Position numbers and translations under genes: made by a program. This document shows, one piece after another, positions 12,930 to 25,542 of a stretch of DNA of 64,000 nt. The notes below the pieces were generated by a model. That model made no database searches, was not told the DNA's origin, and was given only the letters and a program-made list of their open reading frames with translations. Source of the stretch: Carcharhinus amblyrhynchos (Eukaryota). Within the stretch, counting starts at the first letter, position 1, and every line of letters begins with the position of its first letter. The DNA is taken from positions 62,434,001-62,498,000 of the forward strand of contig OZ336878.1 of assembly GCA_965287045.1 (NCBI GenBank), written 5' to 3'.

Positions 12930-13091
12930 AATTTAGCACTGCCAATCAACTTAACCCTCACATTTTGACTGTGGGAGGAAACAGCTGAAGTATGAATGAT
13001 TGTCTGTATACTGCATCAACCTGCCACTATGAAGCAAAGTTAAGAAAGACCTAACCTTCTCGATCTCAAAATACATTCCAGAGTTGACGTG

Positions 13092-13292
13092 CAATGGGTT
13101 TCCTCCCACAATCCAAAGATGTGTAGGTTAGGGGAATTGGCTAAATATGCGGGGTTATGGGAATAAGGTGGGGGGGGGGGGGTGCGTGCTGGGTGGTGGT
13201 GAGCCTGGGTAAGACTCTCTATCAGAGAATTGGTGCAGACTTGGTGGGCCAAAAGGCCTCTTTTTGCACTGTAGGGATTCTCTGATTCTGTG
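13092..13292 (+). mobile_element. Partial V-SINE
   Basis: tgggtttcctcccacaatccaaagatgtg core; tail tgcactgtagggattc. Confidence 0.8.
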
Positions 13293-13999
13293 GATGGAGC
13301 ATCATTTGGAGTAATACCCGAAACTCTATGAAATAAAATTCAACTGGAGGCAATCCGTGGCACATGGACCAAATGAGAATGATGGTCTAAGGAAAGGAAA
13401 GATCTCCATTTATTGTACATATTTAGAGATCTGTTATCATTATGATCAAAACATGGTTTAAGCATCCATCACTTTTTCAGTATGATATTCTCTAAAATGA
13501 AACCATGACTTCCTCATGAACAGAGAAATACACTAAACACCCCTTTTTATAACATTTGCTGTACGTGATTAACAATGCCCATCTTGTCTAGACGTTCACT
13601 GTATTTTGCTGGCAGCTGAAGAATTTCTGCTGTGTTAAAAAATTAATGTTACAAAGTTTGACCACAAACAATCCAATTACAAAGATTCGCAGAACATTTC
13701 AAGCATATGGCAACATTTCCAAGCCCACTGGTGAATTTCTAGATTTCCCTCAATTTTGATCCGTCATTGCAGATAAAATGAACAGCTCCAAGACTTCAAT
13801 TTTTCTTTTTTTACCCAATGGAGGAAAAACAGGAAAAACCAGACAAGTGGAAAGTAAAAGAGTAAATGCTACAAAAACCCAATAGCATTGAGAAAACATC
13901 TGAATCCAGAGCAGGTTTATTGCATCTCCGATCAACCTTATATCTATTTACAGCACTGTGCAATTTTTATTTCTAATGTTTCTAAACCGAACAGTAACA

Positions 14000-14705
14000 T
14001 TAGACCAACATGACTGGGGATTTTAATAAAATCAGTAAATGCAGGGAAAATGAAAAGGAACAAACTGGGTTCTCTGATGGGATGAAAGCCAGGATAGGTT
14101 AAACAACAAGTGTTGGTGCTGCTCAGCCAGAGGGGGAGGTAATTGGGAAGTAAAGGAACAAAAGATGCAGTTTGGAGGAGGTGGGAATGGCAGAATGATG
14201 AACAGCCATCACCCGAAAGCCAAAATATGGGAAAAGCAAGAGGGGAGTCAATATCCAAAATGGGAGGAGAGGTTATGATATGAAGTTGTTGAACTTAGTG
14301 TTAAGCCCAGAAGGATGTAAAGTGTTTAATCAAAAAGATACGTCCTGGAATTCTACTGCCTCTCCCGCCATGGAATTGGTGTGGGCAAGGGACGGACAAC
14401 GGAAATGTCCATTGACCTCGGATGGGAATTTCTGGTCTCACTCGAGCGAGGCCATAAAATCCTGCCCATGGTGCTGTTCTTCAAACTTAATTTCAGCTTC
14501 ACTGGAACATAGCAGTTGGCCGAGGACGGAGAGGTCAGATTGAGAGCAAGGCAGACAATTAAAGCACTGAATGATCCGAAGGTTCTGGTCGCTGTCATTT
14601 TAATTCTCCAGATTGCTCACATACCATGTAATCGCTCCTGTTCTCCAACCTATCACTGACGTTCCCTTTTGTTCTCTTCCCAATCTTCCCTCCTTTCACT
14701 TGTTC
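14000..14705. mobile_element. Probable Penelope-like element fragments with a nested MITE
   Basis: Purine-rich segment followed by an inverted pyrimidine-rich counterpart (aaaaggaacaaa / tttgttctctt). Assignment is by recalled similarity. Confidence 0.45.
14344..14468 (-). mobile_element. MITE (about 125 bp), same family as 37159-37285 and 53738-53862
   Basis: Imperfect TIRs cctggaattct...taaaatcctgccc; internal sequence is the reverse complement of the 53738 copy. Confidence 0.75.
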
Positions 14706-14711
14706 TTTTTA

Positions 14712-15025
14712 AAATTTATTTGTGTCACAAGTAGGCTTACTGCAATGAAGTTACTGTGAAAGCCCCCTAGTCCCCAATGCCTGTTGGGTACATTGAGGGA
14801 GAATTTAGCAACGTGCCTGTTTGGGTACACTGAGGGGACACTTAGCAAGGCCAATGTACCCAACCAGCACGTCTTTCAGACCGTGGGAGGAAACCACAGC
14901 ACCCGGAGGAAACTCATGCAGAAAAGGGGAGAATGTGCAGACTCCGCACAGACAGTGACCCAAGCCAGGAATCAAACCCAGGTGCCTGGCGCTGTGAGGC
15001 AGCAGTGCTAACCGCTGCACTACCT
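14712..15025 (-). mobile_element. V-SINE, alternative-tail subfamily, with an internal ~35 bp tandem duplication
   Basis: Head and core as other copies; tail gtcacaagtaggcttac...tgcaatgaagttactgtg; gcctgtt(t)gggtaca(t/c)tgaggg occurs twice. Confidence 0.85.
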
Positions 15026-18000
15026 CTAATACCCATTTCATTTTTAACTCTTCCCAGTATTGCTGAAAGATCAGAGGCTTGAAAAATTGGAAAGGATTTT
15101 CTGTCCCTCTGCAGTATGCTTTGTGGCAGCAGAAGTAGCCTGTCATTGGCTAGTGGCAGGAACCTCTAATTTTAGCACCGTCAACAGGTTTTTCTGTTGT
15201 TTCCCCCGAGAACCTGCTGTCGGGGTTGGTGGGGGGGCATGGTCACAAATGGCCAAAAATGTTTGGCTAAATATATCCACACACACAGCCCTGTCCTTTG
15301 CAGACAAAAAAAAAGTATGTGCCCTTTTGCATTTTTTCCAGTTAAAGGAAAACTTGAGGGATGCCTTTCCCCATGATGATGCCAATCAGAATCAACCTGC
15401 CTGATTTGAATTCAAATAAAAACTTGGCAGTTCACTGTACCCTGGTGCATTCTGCATGGCAACATCTCAAAGAATTATAGTCCACTTGCCAACAAATCAG
15501 CAATCTCCTCTCACACAGTATAAATTGTTATTCCTTTCATTATTGATGTTCTGGTAAATCTGTCCTGTTAATTGCAAGATGAAGAGCTTTGAACATGTCC
15601 CTTTTTCAGCAATAAACGTGAAACTATAAAGCCTACCCAGTAAACATTTGCTGCTTTTTTGTAGTGTAATGAAGGGAATGTGATGAAATTGGGTGATCTT
15701 ATGTTACTATCGCAACTGGAGTGTTTGCTGGTTAAATCAAAGGAGTTAATCAGTGATAAAGCTGGATTGCCAGTATACTCTCACAACACAGGATTTAGAT
15801 TACTTCATTCAATCATCTCCATTAGTATTTCTATTTCTTGTCTTGATCACCTATTTATCTGTTCGAAGGCATTTGTCACAGAAGTAAATGCTTCAGTGTA
15901 CTATGTGAATAAAAACAATGTCTTAGGGAAAAAGGTCTTTGTGCACAATAGATTGCAACATAAAATACCCTCTTATCCAGGCCACTCTCCTTCTGCTGGC
16001 TGAACTTGATTACAAGTTAAAAACTGCTGATTACCATAGCAGTGTCTTTCTTAGTGTCCCTAAACTTGTTTCATCAGTTTTCCTTTTGATTCTTCTTTAA
16101 ATTTCTCAGATCCTTTGGCTTGTCACACCTCAAAGAGCCCAATGCTCTCAGTTCCCAGCACGCGCCCCTCTTTCTGTCTTATGTCCATATTGATTGTTCT
16201 TAAACTCTGAACTTGGAAATGACTTATATCCAGGAGCTGCCAAACTGCTTTGCTCACTGAAAAAAAACACTCCTATTATCTTGCAGTTAATTAAGACGTA
16301 CTAGCAGTTTTATGCACCATAATGTGCTTCTGCCAACTCTCAGAGGTGTAAATATCGAACCGTCACTGCTACTGAATGTTAATCAATCTTTACGGAATTT
16401 AAAATTATTTCATATATTTAAGAAATGGTAATTTGCAAACAGTGTTCTCATGTCCCTGGAGTACATAACCACAAACTCCCTCGTATGCACATTATAAAGA
16501 AATGAACATCAATTTTGACAGCTGATAGTATTTGTGGTTAATTAGGTTATTATTTCTGGGGATTCAAACAGAAAATAATGCACAGATGATTCTGAATCAT
16601 TCTTTGGGAATATGTCTACTCTCAAATTAACCCTTTTGGTCCTTCTGCTGCCAATCTGGACAAATTCAAATCATTAATGGGATGGAATGGAGCTGTTAGA
16701 AACTTCACTGTTTGGTTATCTTAACAGAAAATACATATTTAGTATTAATACTGGGCAACGTGATTTCAACCACCAGGGCTATGAATTAACAAAGGTACTT
16801 CTGATCTTAAACATACAGAAGCTTTCCGCTACGTTAGAAAGATCCCTGCTTGAATGGCAATGATAATGTCGCTTATGTCATGACCTCAACTTCCAAAATG
16901 CTTTGTTCAAGTGTGAAATAATGTGACCTGATAAGTGACTGCTCATTACTTGAAACGATATCACTGATATTTCTAAAACAAACAATATAATTATTTAAAC
17001 CTGGGAAAACTGCAACAGAAAAGTATGGTGATTTTAAGTATTTAACTATTTTTGGTTTTTAGATCTATCAAACATATGGTAGGCCTGGGCCCACTTATAT
17101 TACAATAGCCTCAGCCAAGGCTAGTTATAGTCTACAAATACTAGGTTGTTTCTCCATTTTCCAACTTTCACACTCTACTCCTTACCCACTAACATTTATT
17201 ATACTAACATACAAATTAACTGCATAGCCATTCAAAAAAAGTGGAGTTTTTGGATGTATTCAGTTTCTGTATGTACAAATAAGGATAAATCGACGTAGGA
17301 TAAATTTCATTTCTGATTGTGATTCTCTCTGTGTGAGGTGCAGCGAAATTATAAATCTGTTGTTTAGAAATGCATTTACAACCTAACAGTGCACTCAGCA
17401 GCAGAGGAAACCTACATCATGTTACCATTTAGTTTGATCGTTGACAGTTGGCACTGCCTCTCCTTAAAGGCTCACATCACAGCATATTGCAATTCCCTGC
17501 TTTCCAGCATGGCATTAAATAAAGTTGAGACAAGCGTAGCCCCAGTGTTCTGCAAATATTGTCAGCCCCTGTGCATTCCGCATCTAAGACAACTCAGAGT
17601 TCTAATTTGAGGGAGCCAGCTGCCTTCACACATTCTGTGCCAATAGTCAATTATTGTTTTAATGAGTTGATTGTATTTTTATTTGTTGTGGGATAATCTT
17701 CCAACTTGACAAAAGTATTGAATTTGCAGTGCACCATGACCCATGTCTACATAGTAGAAATGATGTATGTGTATATATGTACGCACTGCCTCAGAAACTA
17801 TGCAATAACGTGATGGAGAGGCTAGGCTACTCCGATTTACTATTACCATATCCTGACCTCTTGGTCAGTAGGAGACAGCAAAGCCTGTCAGTCTCAGCAA
17901 ATATCATCAGCTCTCCCTGTCCTTGTCCCCCCACCCCCTCACTCCTCGTGATCCTCAAATACCATCAACCTCTGGATCTTGTCTTCTTTATGACAATCCA

Positions 18001-19904
18001 CAGACGGCAGTGTCAATTTGCTAAGGTTTCTGTTATCAGGCAGGAAAAGCAAAATATATATCCTCTCCTGTGCCATATAACAGGTAGACACAGTAGGTTA
18101 AATATGTATTGGCAGGTCAGGTCATGGTGGTGTTTGAACTCTTTTGGTCTTTCTTTGCACTGGTTCACAGCAGCTGAATGGAATCCATTGTTTGACATGC
18201 ATGCTGATTAAATGTTTACCATTTCAGCAAACCCTGATGTCCTAGGTTGAGTGAGATGCGGAGAATCAATAGTGCTCAGCAATTATTTGCCCATTGATAA
18301 ACCCTTCATTTTTAAATGAACTCCATTTATCTAAGGCTTGACAGTGATTGTAATGTGGTGCCAGTCACTTGGTGCTTGTTTCAGGATTGTGCTCAGTGTA
18401 AAGACAAGTTGCTGAATGAAGAGAACATGGGTCAAGTAATGTCTAACCTCCTTTTTATTGGCACTTCATTTCACAGGCACCCGGTCAAATGTAGCGAGTG
18501 ACAAATTGCTGCTTATCTGCTCTGCCAGCATCTGTTAACACAGGCCCTAACTGTTTTACCCATTAAAGCTGCATTGTACTGGATTAGAACTCTATTAACT
18601 CACACTTACTTTAGCTTCCCTGGCCAGGAATTAAAAACAAGTCACAGACTCCATCTGATCTGGAATTTTACAGCTGATTTAATGGGCATCATATATTGTC
18701 AGTGTTTGTCTTGTCCATGGTTTAGTAAATCAATCCAGTACGGCAAATTTGCTTTTTAAGCATCTGTGAGCCACAAGGCATATTTTGATTCACAATTTTT
18801 TCCCTGCTGTTCTATTCCATCACACCTTAATTGACCCCTGCCAAATAAACAATAATAGCTATTAACAACCATCTCACCAATTTTCTTGGACTAAACACTT
18901 GGATTTTGCAAACTATCTTTTTCTTTTTCCTGTGTTGGGCTATCCAGTATCACAGTCAGCCCTGGCTGCTATTTGTGTCATGAGAAGGACACCAAACTTA
19001 TCCCGTTTTTCTCAGGAATAATAGTCTTCTTTTCTCCACTAACACCGCACTGGCTTGCCCTCCCTGCCCCTGGGGCAGGCTTTCCCTGCAGGTTTCTAAT
19101 CCCTGCCATCAGGATCAAGTGGAGGTCAGAAATCTCACATTCTGCAGGGAACAGTCACTCGTCTTCAATTTAAAATAAGAATAGTCTTTTCACCCAGCCC
19201 GCAATAATGCAGGTGTGGGGGAGGGCGGTGGGGGGAGTGCTGATACTCGAATCCAGGACGAGAGGACCTCCAAGCCGGACTACAACATGGCCTCCTGATG
19301 CAGCCCCCAACACTGTCCTTGGCCACTTAGAGACCTGGGAGAGGAGTTGAGGGGGTGGGGAGTGAGGGCTCCAACAACAATCGTTATGAGGCCTTTTAAG
19401 TGGCTCAAATCGACACAGGAGAATATGGTGGATGGAGGCAGGAAACCAGCAATCCGACCAGCTGCACAGAATTCCACACTTGATCTCTCCGTAACACACT
19501 CCCAGCGAGGGCTTAAACTCCAGCCTTAGGTGTAAATGTTGAGTATTGACTCTCTGCATGTGATCACTCATACTGTCCATCTTCTCTTGAGTTTTAACCC
19601 TGCCATTATGCTAGTGGAAGAATGTACTGGCACACCTGTGCCAATGCTGACTACTCGTCCCTCCGACTGTCACCCCAGTATCGAATACAAGGACTGGGAG
19701 ACATCAGTCCAATTCCTAGATCTCAGCATTTGAAAAGGTTGCAGGTGAAAAAACAAGCTCTGATACAGCACAGTCGATTTAACACTTCTGACAATCATGG
19801 CTGTCTTGGTAATTGCCTTTGAACAAAATTGCTGAATATCAGATCATTCAAACATAAATTTGTTCCAGTTTGTCCTACAGTCTATAATGCTTATTAGGTC
19901 GTAG

Positions 19905-20227
19905 AATCATAGAATCCTACAGTGCAGGAGGTCATTCAGCCCATCGAGTCTGCACTCACCACAATCCCCCCCCCCAGGCCCTATCCCATAATCCCATGCA
20001 TTTACCCTAGCTAGTTTGCTTGACATTAAGGGGCAATTTAGCATGGCCAATCCACCAAACCTGCACATCTTTGGACTAAGAGGGGAAACCAGAGCATCCG
20101 AAGGAAACCCATGCAAACACAGGCAGAACATGCAAACTCCACACAGACAGTGACCGAAGCTGGGAATCGAACCCAATCCCTGGAGCTGTGAAGGAACAGT
20201 GCTAACCACTGCGCCACCATGCTGCCC
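19905..20227 (-). mobile_element. Full-length HE1/V-SINE
   Basis: Minus strand: gggcagcatggtggcgcagtggttagc A box, ggttcgattccc B box, core, tail gcactgtaggattctatgattc. Confidence 0.92.
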
Positions 20228-21637
20228 CAAGGTCAAAGGTCTGCTCTGGCATTGTCATCACAGGAACAATGGCTCTCCACACAATGGGCTGGATTCTCCG
20301 ATCCTGCTGCAGTGAACAGGGATTTGGCTGAGTGCCAAATTTTTTGTTCTTGCTCACAGCAGGATGGGGCACGAACAGCCAATGTCTTCTTAGTAATGAT
20401 TAACCGCTTTGCTGATCCAGTGAGGAGATTGTTTAGCTAGATAAGGAGCCCTGCCCTACATTCTAACTGGGCTCACCTATATTAAAAACTAACAAACCTT
20501 CTCACTGTGTCCTCATTACTGAATGTTGTGCTGATGAGACTAGAGCATTATGAATTAAGTGCTCATGTTTTTGACGTGGTTGACTTCAGTTGGTCCTCCC
20601 AAATTAGCCTCCCCAGTTACTCACTGAGTTCAGCGTGGAATGTGTGAAGCTCTCTTTAGAGGCAAGGGCTTTGTTTGGTCAAGCAGGGAATCTCGGTCTA
20701 AAATCTTTGTTTTACACACAGCTTGATGGATCAGCGGCATTACTGAACACTTTCATTCAGTGATCTGTCAGTGCTCTTTCAGCAAGTGGGCTGAAGGACA
20801 GCTGAACTAATGGGCAGTTTAGGACACCTACACCGCATGAGAGTTGCGTTCACTGTATTGGTACTAAGTATACATGCAACCCCCAACATCTGGAGAAGCT
20901 GGAGGCTGGTGAGGAAACTGCCTTACAAACTCCAATAACAACATCCAGGAGACAGACAAGGATACAGGACAAGTATCCAATGATTTTCCTTGACGGAGGC
21001 CTCACGAAAAGCATTGAGGTGTGTCTTTCATCACCTTCAGTGAAAGGTCATGTTTCAGCAAGGCAAACCTTCTAATTGTCGAGTAAAACTGGACCAGTTT
21101 TGACCCTACTATTATTGACACTACAAAAAAAAAAGCCAAGTGAAACCCAGCTGCAAAGATGGATGTTTATTCACTCACAGACGTACCAGGATGCAAGGTG
21201 AGCACTTGTCCAATTGTGTGCATTCCTTAAATTTTCAGTACTTCCTCACAGTGCAGGGTAAGGGAGCAGAGTACATGATGCTGGAAGATCCCACAACTTA
21301 ATGCTTTTGAAGAGAGAATTCTGGAAATCCTGACATTTGCCTGGAGGAAGTGGGGCAAGATGAAATCAGAGGCTTCCCTCAAGCTAGTTCCATCCTTTGT
21401 GATATGGCTACAGGACAAAAATACTTGGGGTGGAACTTTCCCCTATCTTTTCCAAAGTGTCGGTTTTGGTGAGAAACCCAGAGAGAATCCTGTTGAAAAT
21501 CTCTATGAATATTAAGCCTCTTTGACAATTGTTTTTCCCACCTGTGCTCACCTCTGATTTGCTCGCTCTATGAAAATTTGATCTCTGCAATCCCAACACT
21601 TGTTCCAGATCAGGGGATGGTTGTCCGGAAGCCAACA

Positions 21638-21830
21638 CCAAGATTCTCGGAGGAAGCTCTAACCAAACTTCTGAATGGTGTAGAGCAGAGGTGTGAAGTC
21701 CTCTAGCTGCGATCCAGCAGACATCCAGCAACCAAGGCCACCGTGCCCACTTGGGAGGCAATGGCCACCATAATGAGTGCTAGCTCGCTGCAAAAGGAGG
21801 ATGAGACAACAGTGCCACAACAGCCAGGGT
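21638..21830 (+). pseudogene. Harbinger Myb/SANT-like DNA-binding ORF remnant
   Basis: PRFSEEALTKLLNGVEQRCEVL*LRSSRHPATKATVPTWEAMATIMSA, with an internal stop. Confidence 0.75.
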
Positions 21831-21879
21831 ACATCAGTCTCCTTATATCTTGTCACTGCATTCCTTAACACACCCATTC

Positions 21880-22780
21880 TCCGATCTCCCATCTCCTCCT
21901 GGCCCAATGAGTCTCCTTGCAGCAGGGCCAAGTTACAGAGCAGGCCACAATGATGCGAGGCATCTTGCAGGGGCTGTACCAAAAGGTTCCCCCTAATGCT
22001 TCAGGCACTGGAAACGCATCTTGAGCAGTCTGATTGCCTGTTCGACCAGAGCACACGTTGATGCATTAGCCTCATTATGGCCAATCCCAGCGGGTGTTTG
22101 TGGCCTCTGCACTGGTGTTAGCAGCCACCTCCTGAGGGGGTATCCCTTGTCCCTGAGGAGCTATCCCTCCAGCTGTTGCTGTCCCTCAAAGATAGCTGGG
22201 ATCTGAGAACACCCAAGGCGTAATTACCTTGGACTGCACAGGAAATGGACACATACCTGCCTTATACGCATTGTGTGGTCACAGATGATCTGGACATTGA
22301 AGGATTGTAGGAAGATATCCCTTGTGGTTCACAGATGGTGTCACAGGATGCCATGGGGATCACAGCCACATGGGTGCAGTCGATGACACTGTGCACCTGG
22401 GGCATACCTACTAAGTGGGTGAAACCCATGGCCCTGGCATGCCTGGTCCAAGTTGATGTAAATGGGCCCTGGCAAATGACACATTTGTTCCTCCCTTATG
22501 TGCTTGTGTGCGGCAGCCTGGGAAATACTCCATGGGTCATCCATGCAGCTCTGAAACAAGCTGCTTGCATAGAAGTTCAGAGCAGCCATACCTTTAAGGA
22601 TAACAGGTAATGGGTGACCTCCCAGTCTACGTGGGGCCAGCTCTTGTATAACCTGGCAGAGATAGTCCACCATCTCTTGGGACAGATGCAATCTTCTCTG
22701 GTACCGCAGCTCAGCAGCTGGAGATTTGATGTTCAACATCGGTAGACCTTTTTTCTGGTAGTGTTACCAATCAGGCTCCA
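21880..22780 (-). pseudogene. Harbinger (HARBI1-like) DDE transposase remnant
   Basis: RRLHLSQEMV...HPLPVILKGMAALNFYAS, LLRDKGYPL, HNEANASTCALVEQAIRLLKMRFQCL; frameshifted. Confidence 0.88.
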
Positions 22781-25542
22781 GCACCTGTAGTTCTGCGGGC
22801 CCACCCTACCCTCCCCCTCCTCGCCCAGGCACTGGTCCTGGCTGCATGCAGTGGTTTGTCACTGCTTTGCAATCACAATCAATAGGATAGCAACTCTGTA
22901 GGTTCCATCATTCTCTAGAATCATAAACTAAAAGGAAGAGAACATCAAAGCGAGTGATGATTATTCCTGACAGTGCCCTGACCCTCAGTCCTCAAAGCTG
23001 GGCCATTCACCCATGTGCTTCCCCCTAATGAGTGCACCTCCACTAAGCCTCAATCCCTCCCTTGTCACACCATGGCCACTCTCCCGCTGTCGCCCCTCTC
23101 AACTCCACCTGGATGAAGCACTTCAACCCTTGAGTCTCAGCACTGCCTGACCCCCACCAACTGCCATGTCCACCCCCCTGCTCCCCCGAAGTGAGGCGTT
23201 TGGGCAGTCGAATGCACGCAATGGTTCAGCTCTGTAACCTCATGGGGGGACCTATATGAAGCTGCCCCCCCACCCCGGCAGATAATCAGGTCAGACGAAC
23301 CCCTCAATCACCCGCTGCCTGGACTTGTTGATGGCAAGGTTAGCAAGATTGAGAAGGCAGTATCTTCGTGAATAATCTCAGCCAGTTCAGGAATTGAATC
23401 CACACCGTTGGCATCATTCTGCTTCACTCACCAGCTGTTCTGTAACGAGGGTGTGGGAAGGGCTGCCTGTATGCCAGCTGCCAAACCGCTTTAAACCTTG
23501 ACATGAAGGGAAGCTAAGGTCTGTGACTGACCCCTCCCAATCGAGATAGGAACACTATCCCCCCAGGCCTTGAGTTGAACTTATCTGGGCCCTTTGGTGC
23601 CATTTTGGGCAACAGAGAGGACACAAAAAAGCAAGGTTGAGCTGAGCACTCACTTCCGATATTCCCTCTCGTGTGATATCATGCCAGTGCCCGTTGAATA
23701 TTCCATGAGGGGGTGGAAGTCCCAGAGTGAGCGCTGGCTAATGAGATGGTAATATATTAAAATGAAGTTGGTGGCTTTCGGTGGCATGATTCACATTACT
23801 CTGTCGGCGAGAAGGGTTGAAATTGGAAATCATGATCTTGCTGGCAAAATTCACGTTTCCCGCTTCGAGCCAAATTTTGCGTCCGTGTCAGATCTCATGC
23901 ACCATGGGCTCAAAACAGTTTAGTAGTGACAACTGGTTTAATCCAGTTTGACTCATACATACATATGCAAATGGCCACAAGAAGGCACTATCTTTTCTTT
24001 GTGCTTTAATGGAAACAATGAGTATTTTCTGGCCAAATAGTCTCAACATTCATAGCCTAGGAACACAAGTGAACAACAAGGGGGCAAGGATCAGTGTCTT
24101 CAGGAGAGAAGGGAATACTTTGAAAAGTCACAGCCCTTCCCCTATCCTCATCCAGCTCCCTTTTTCCTGTACTTGTTCATAAATATTAATCTTTGGCTCT
24201 TTCTAGTCCCTGATGAAACATTAACTATTGCTCCTCAGATGCTACAAGGCCTGCTGAGTGTTTTCAGCACTTTCTGTTGATATTTCAGATTTCCAACAGC
24301 ATTGCGTTTTTGATTGGGAAAAATAATATGTGCGTAATAAAAGACAAAAATGATCATTCCCCTTTGCAACTGAAAATCTGCATTATACAGACCTATTACA
24401 TTATACAAGGAAACACAACCCACAGCCACTTCAGTCAGCTGAATCACTAAAGCAATTTCACAAAAGAGAATTCTTTGCCATTAGAACTATCGAGCAAGCA
24501 GTATAATTCAGATTTTTAAAGGAAGATTTGTATCCACCTTTTATACCTAGTGAACAACATTCTCCTTGTTTTCTCTGCTGCTTTGGAAGCTGCAATGAGG
24601 AGGATAGAGTTGCAGAGTTAAGGAAGATGTTGCAGAGATTTCCACTTACTCTATGCCCCAATATATGATGCCACTTCTAGATGCTAGAGAGACCCAAACA
24701 TGCAATAATAATGAATGACAGCACACATCGCAATCCCATTCATCATCAGCTTCACAACTCTGGATGGCAGAAACACCACACAGAACAGGCCCCCACCCCC
24801 CCCCGTCAGTCTGGGGAGCATAACAGTATCAAATATCTTCACTGATCAAAGCAGTCGACTGTGTTGGTGAAGGGGCCATCAAAGAAGATATCCAAACTAG
24901 TAGATTGACAAAAATGTCTGAGGGGCAACAACATTGTAGAATTCTTCAAAGTTGCTCCTCCCATTAAATTGTTCCAGGTATCTGACAATGTGCAGTAACC
25001 ACCACTGTCTGATTCCATGACATTCCCTGCACCAGCCCCCCCTCCATTGTGCTGCCCAATTAAATATGGCAGCCCAACCTAATCACAGCAATCTTAGTAG
25101 CCACTTGAGAGGCCATTGAGATAGCCATGAGATGCCACCAAGGAGGCCCCACATCCCTGAAACCCACTGGGTGGCTGGATTTTCCTGGTGGTCTCCTCAT
25201 GTGACAGTGGGCCCTCTTGAAGTGGCAATATGTCAACATGGAGGGAAGGGGGTAAGGTACTGGCCTTTAAATGACCACTTTAGTAGCTCAATTGGCATCC
25301 CAGCAGGGATTCAAGCAATATGGCATGGTGGTGGAAAGATACTGGGCTCTTTTCTAGACACCACATCGTGCCATATTGTTAACCACTTCTTCAACTCAAT
25401 TCAATACCAAGGGAGTAGTAAAGCCTTGGTACACATGCTGCAAACCTTCTGGCTACACAAACTACAATTCCTGAAAGTGAACGCAGTTGTAACCTCAACT
25501 GTAATTTAGTTCACTGCATGTCCAACCTCTGAAGATTTGAAT

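Larger units (their letters stand above)
21426..23890. mobile_element. Decayed PIF/Harbinger DNA transposon (ends approximate)
   Basis: Convergent Myb/SANT-like and HARBI1-like transposase remnants. Confidence 0.75.

Noticed and set aside
17729-18211. 160 aa plus-strand ORF
   Set aside because: GTG start, no recognisable homology, antisense within an intron; length is compatible with chance.
19905-20227. tRNA genes suggested by A/B boxes
   Set aside because: The boxes belong to SINE heads; no cloverleaf is evident and copies continue into SINE core and tail.
21732-21740. Other NR5A-type CCAAGGCCA matches (also about 43623)
   Set aside because: Inside transposon remnants and at the frequency expected by chance.
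22341-22739. Functional domesticated HARBI1 gene
   Set aside because: Frameshifts and stops across the DDE domain; transposon fossil.
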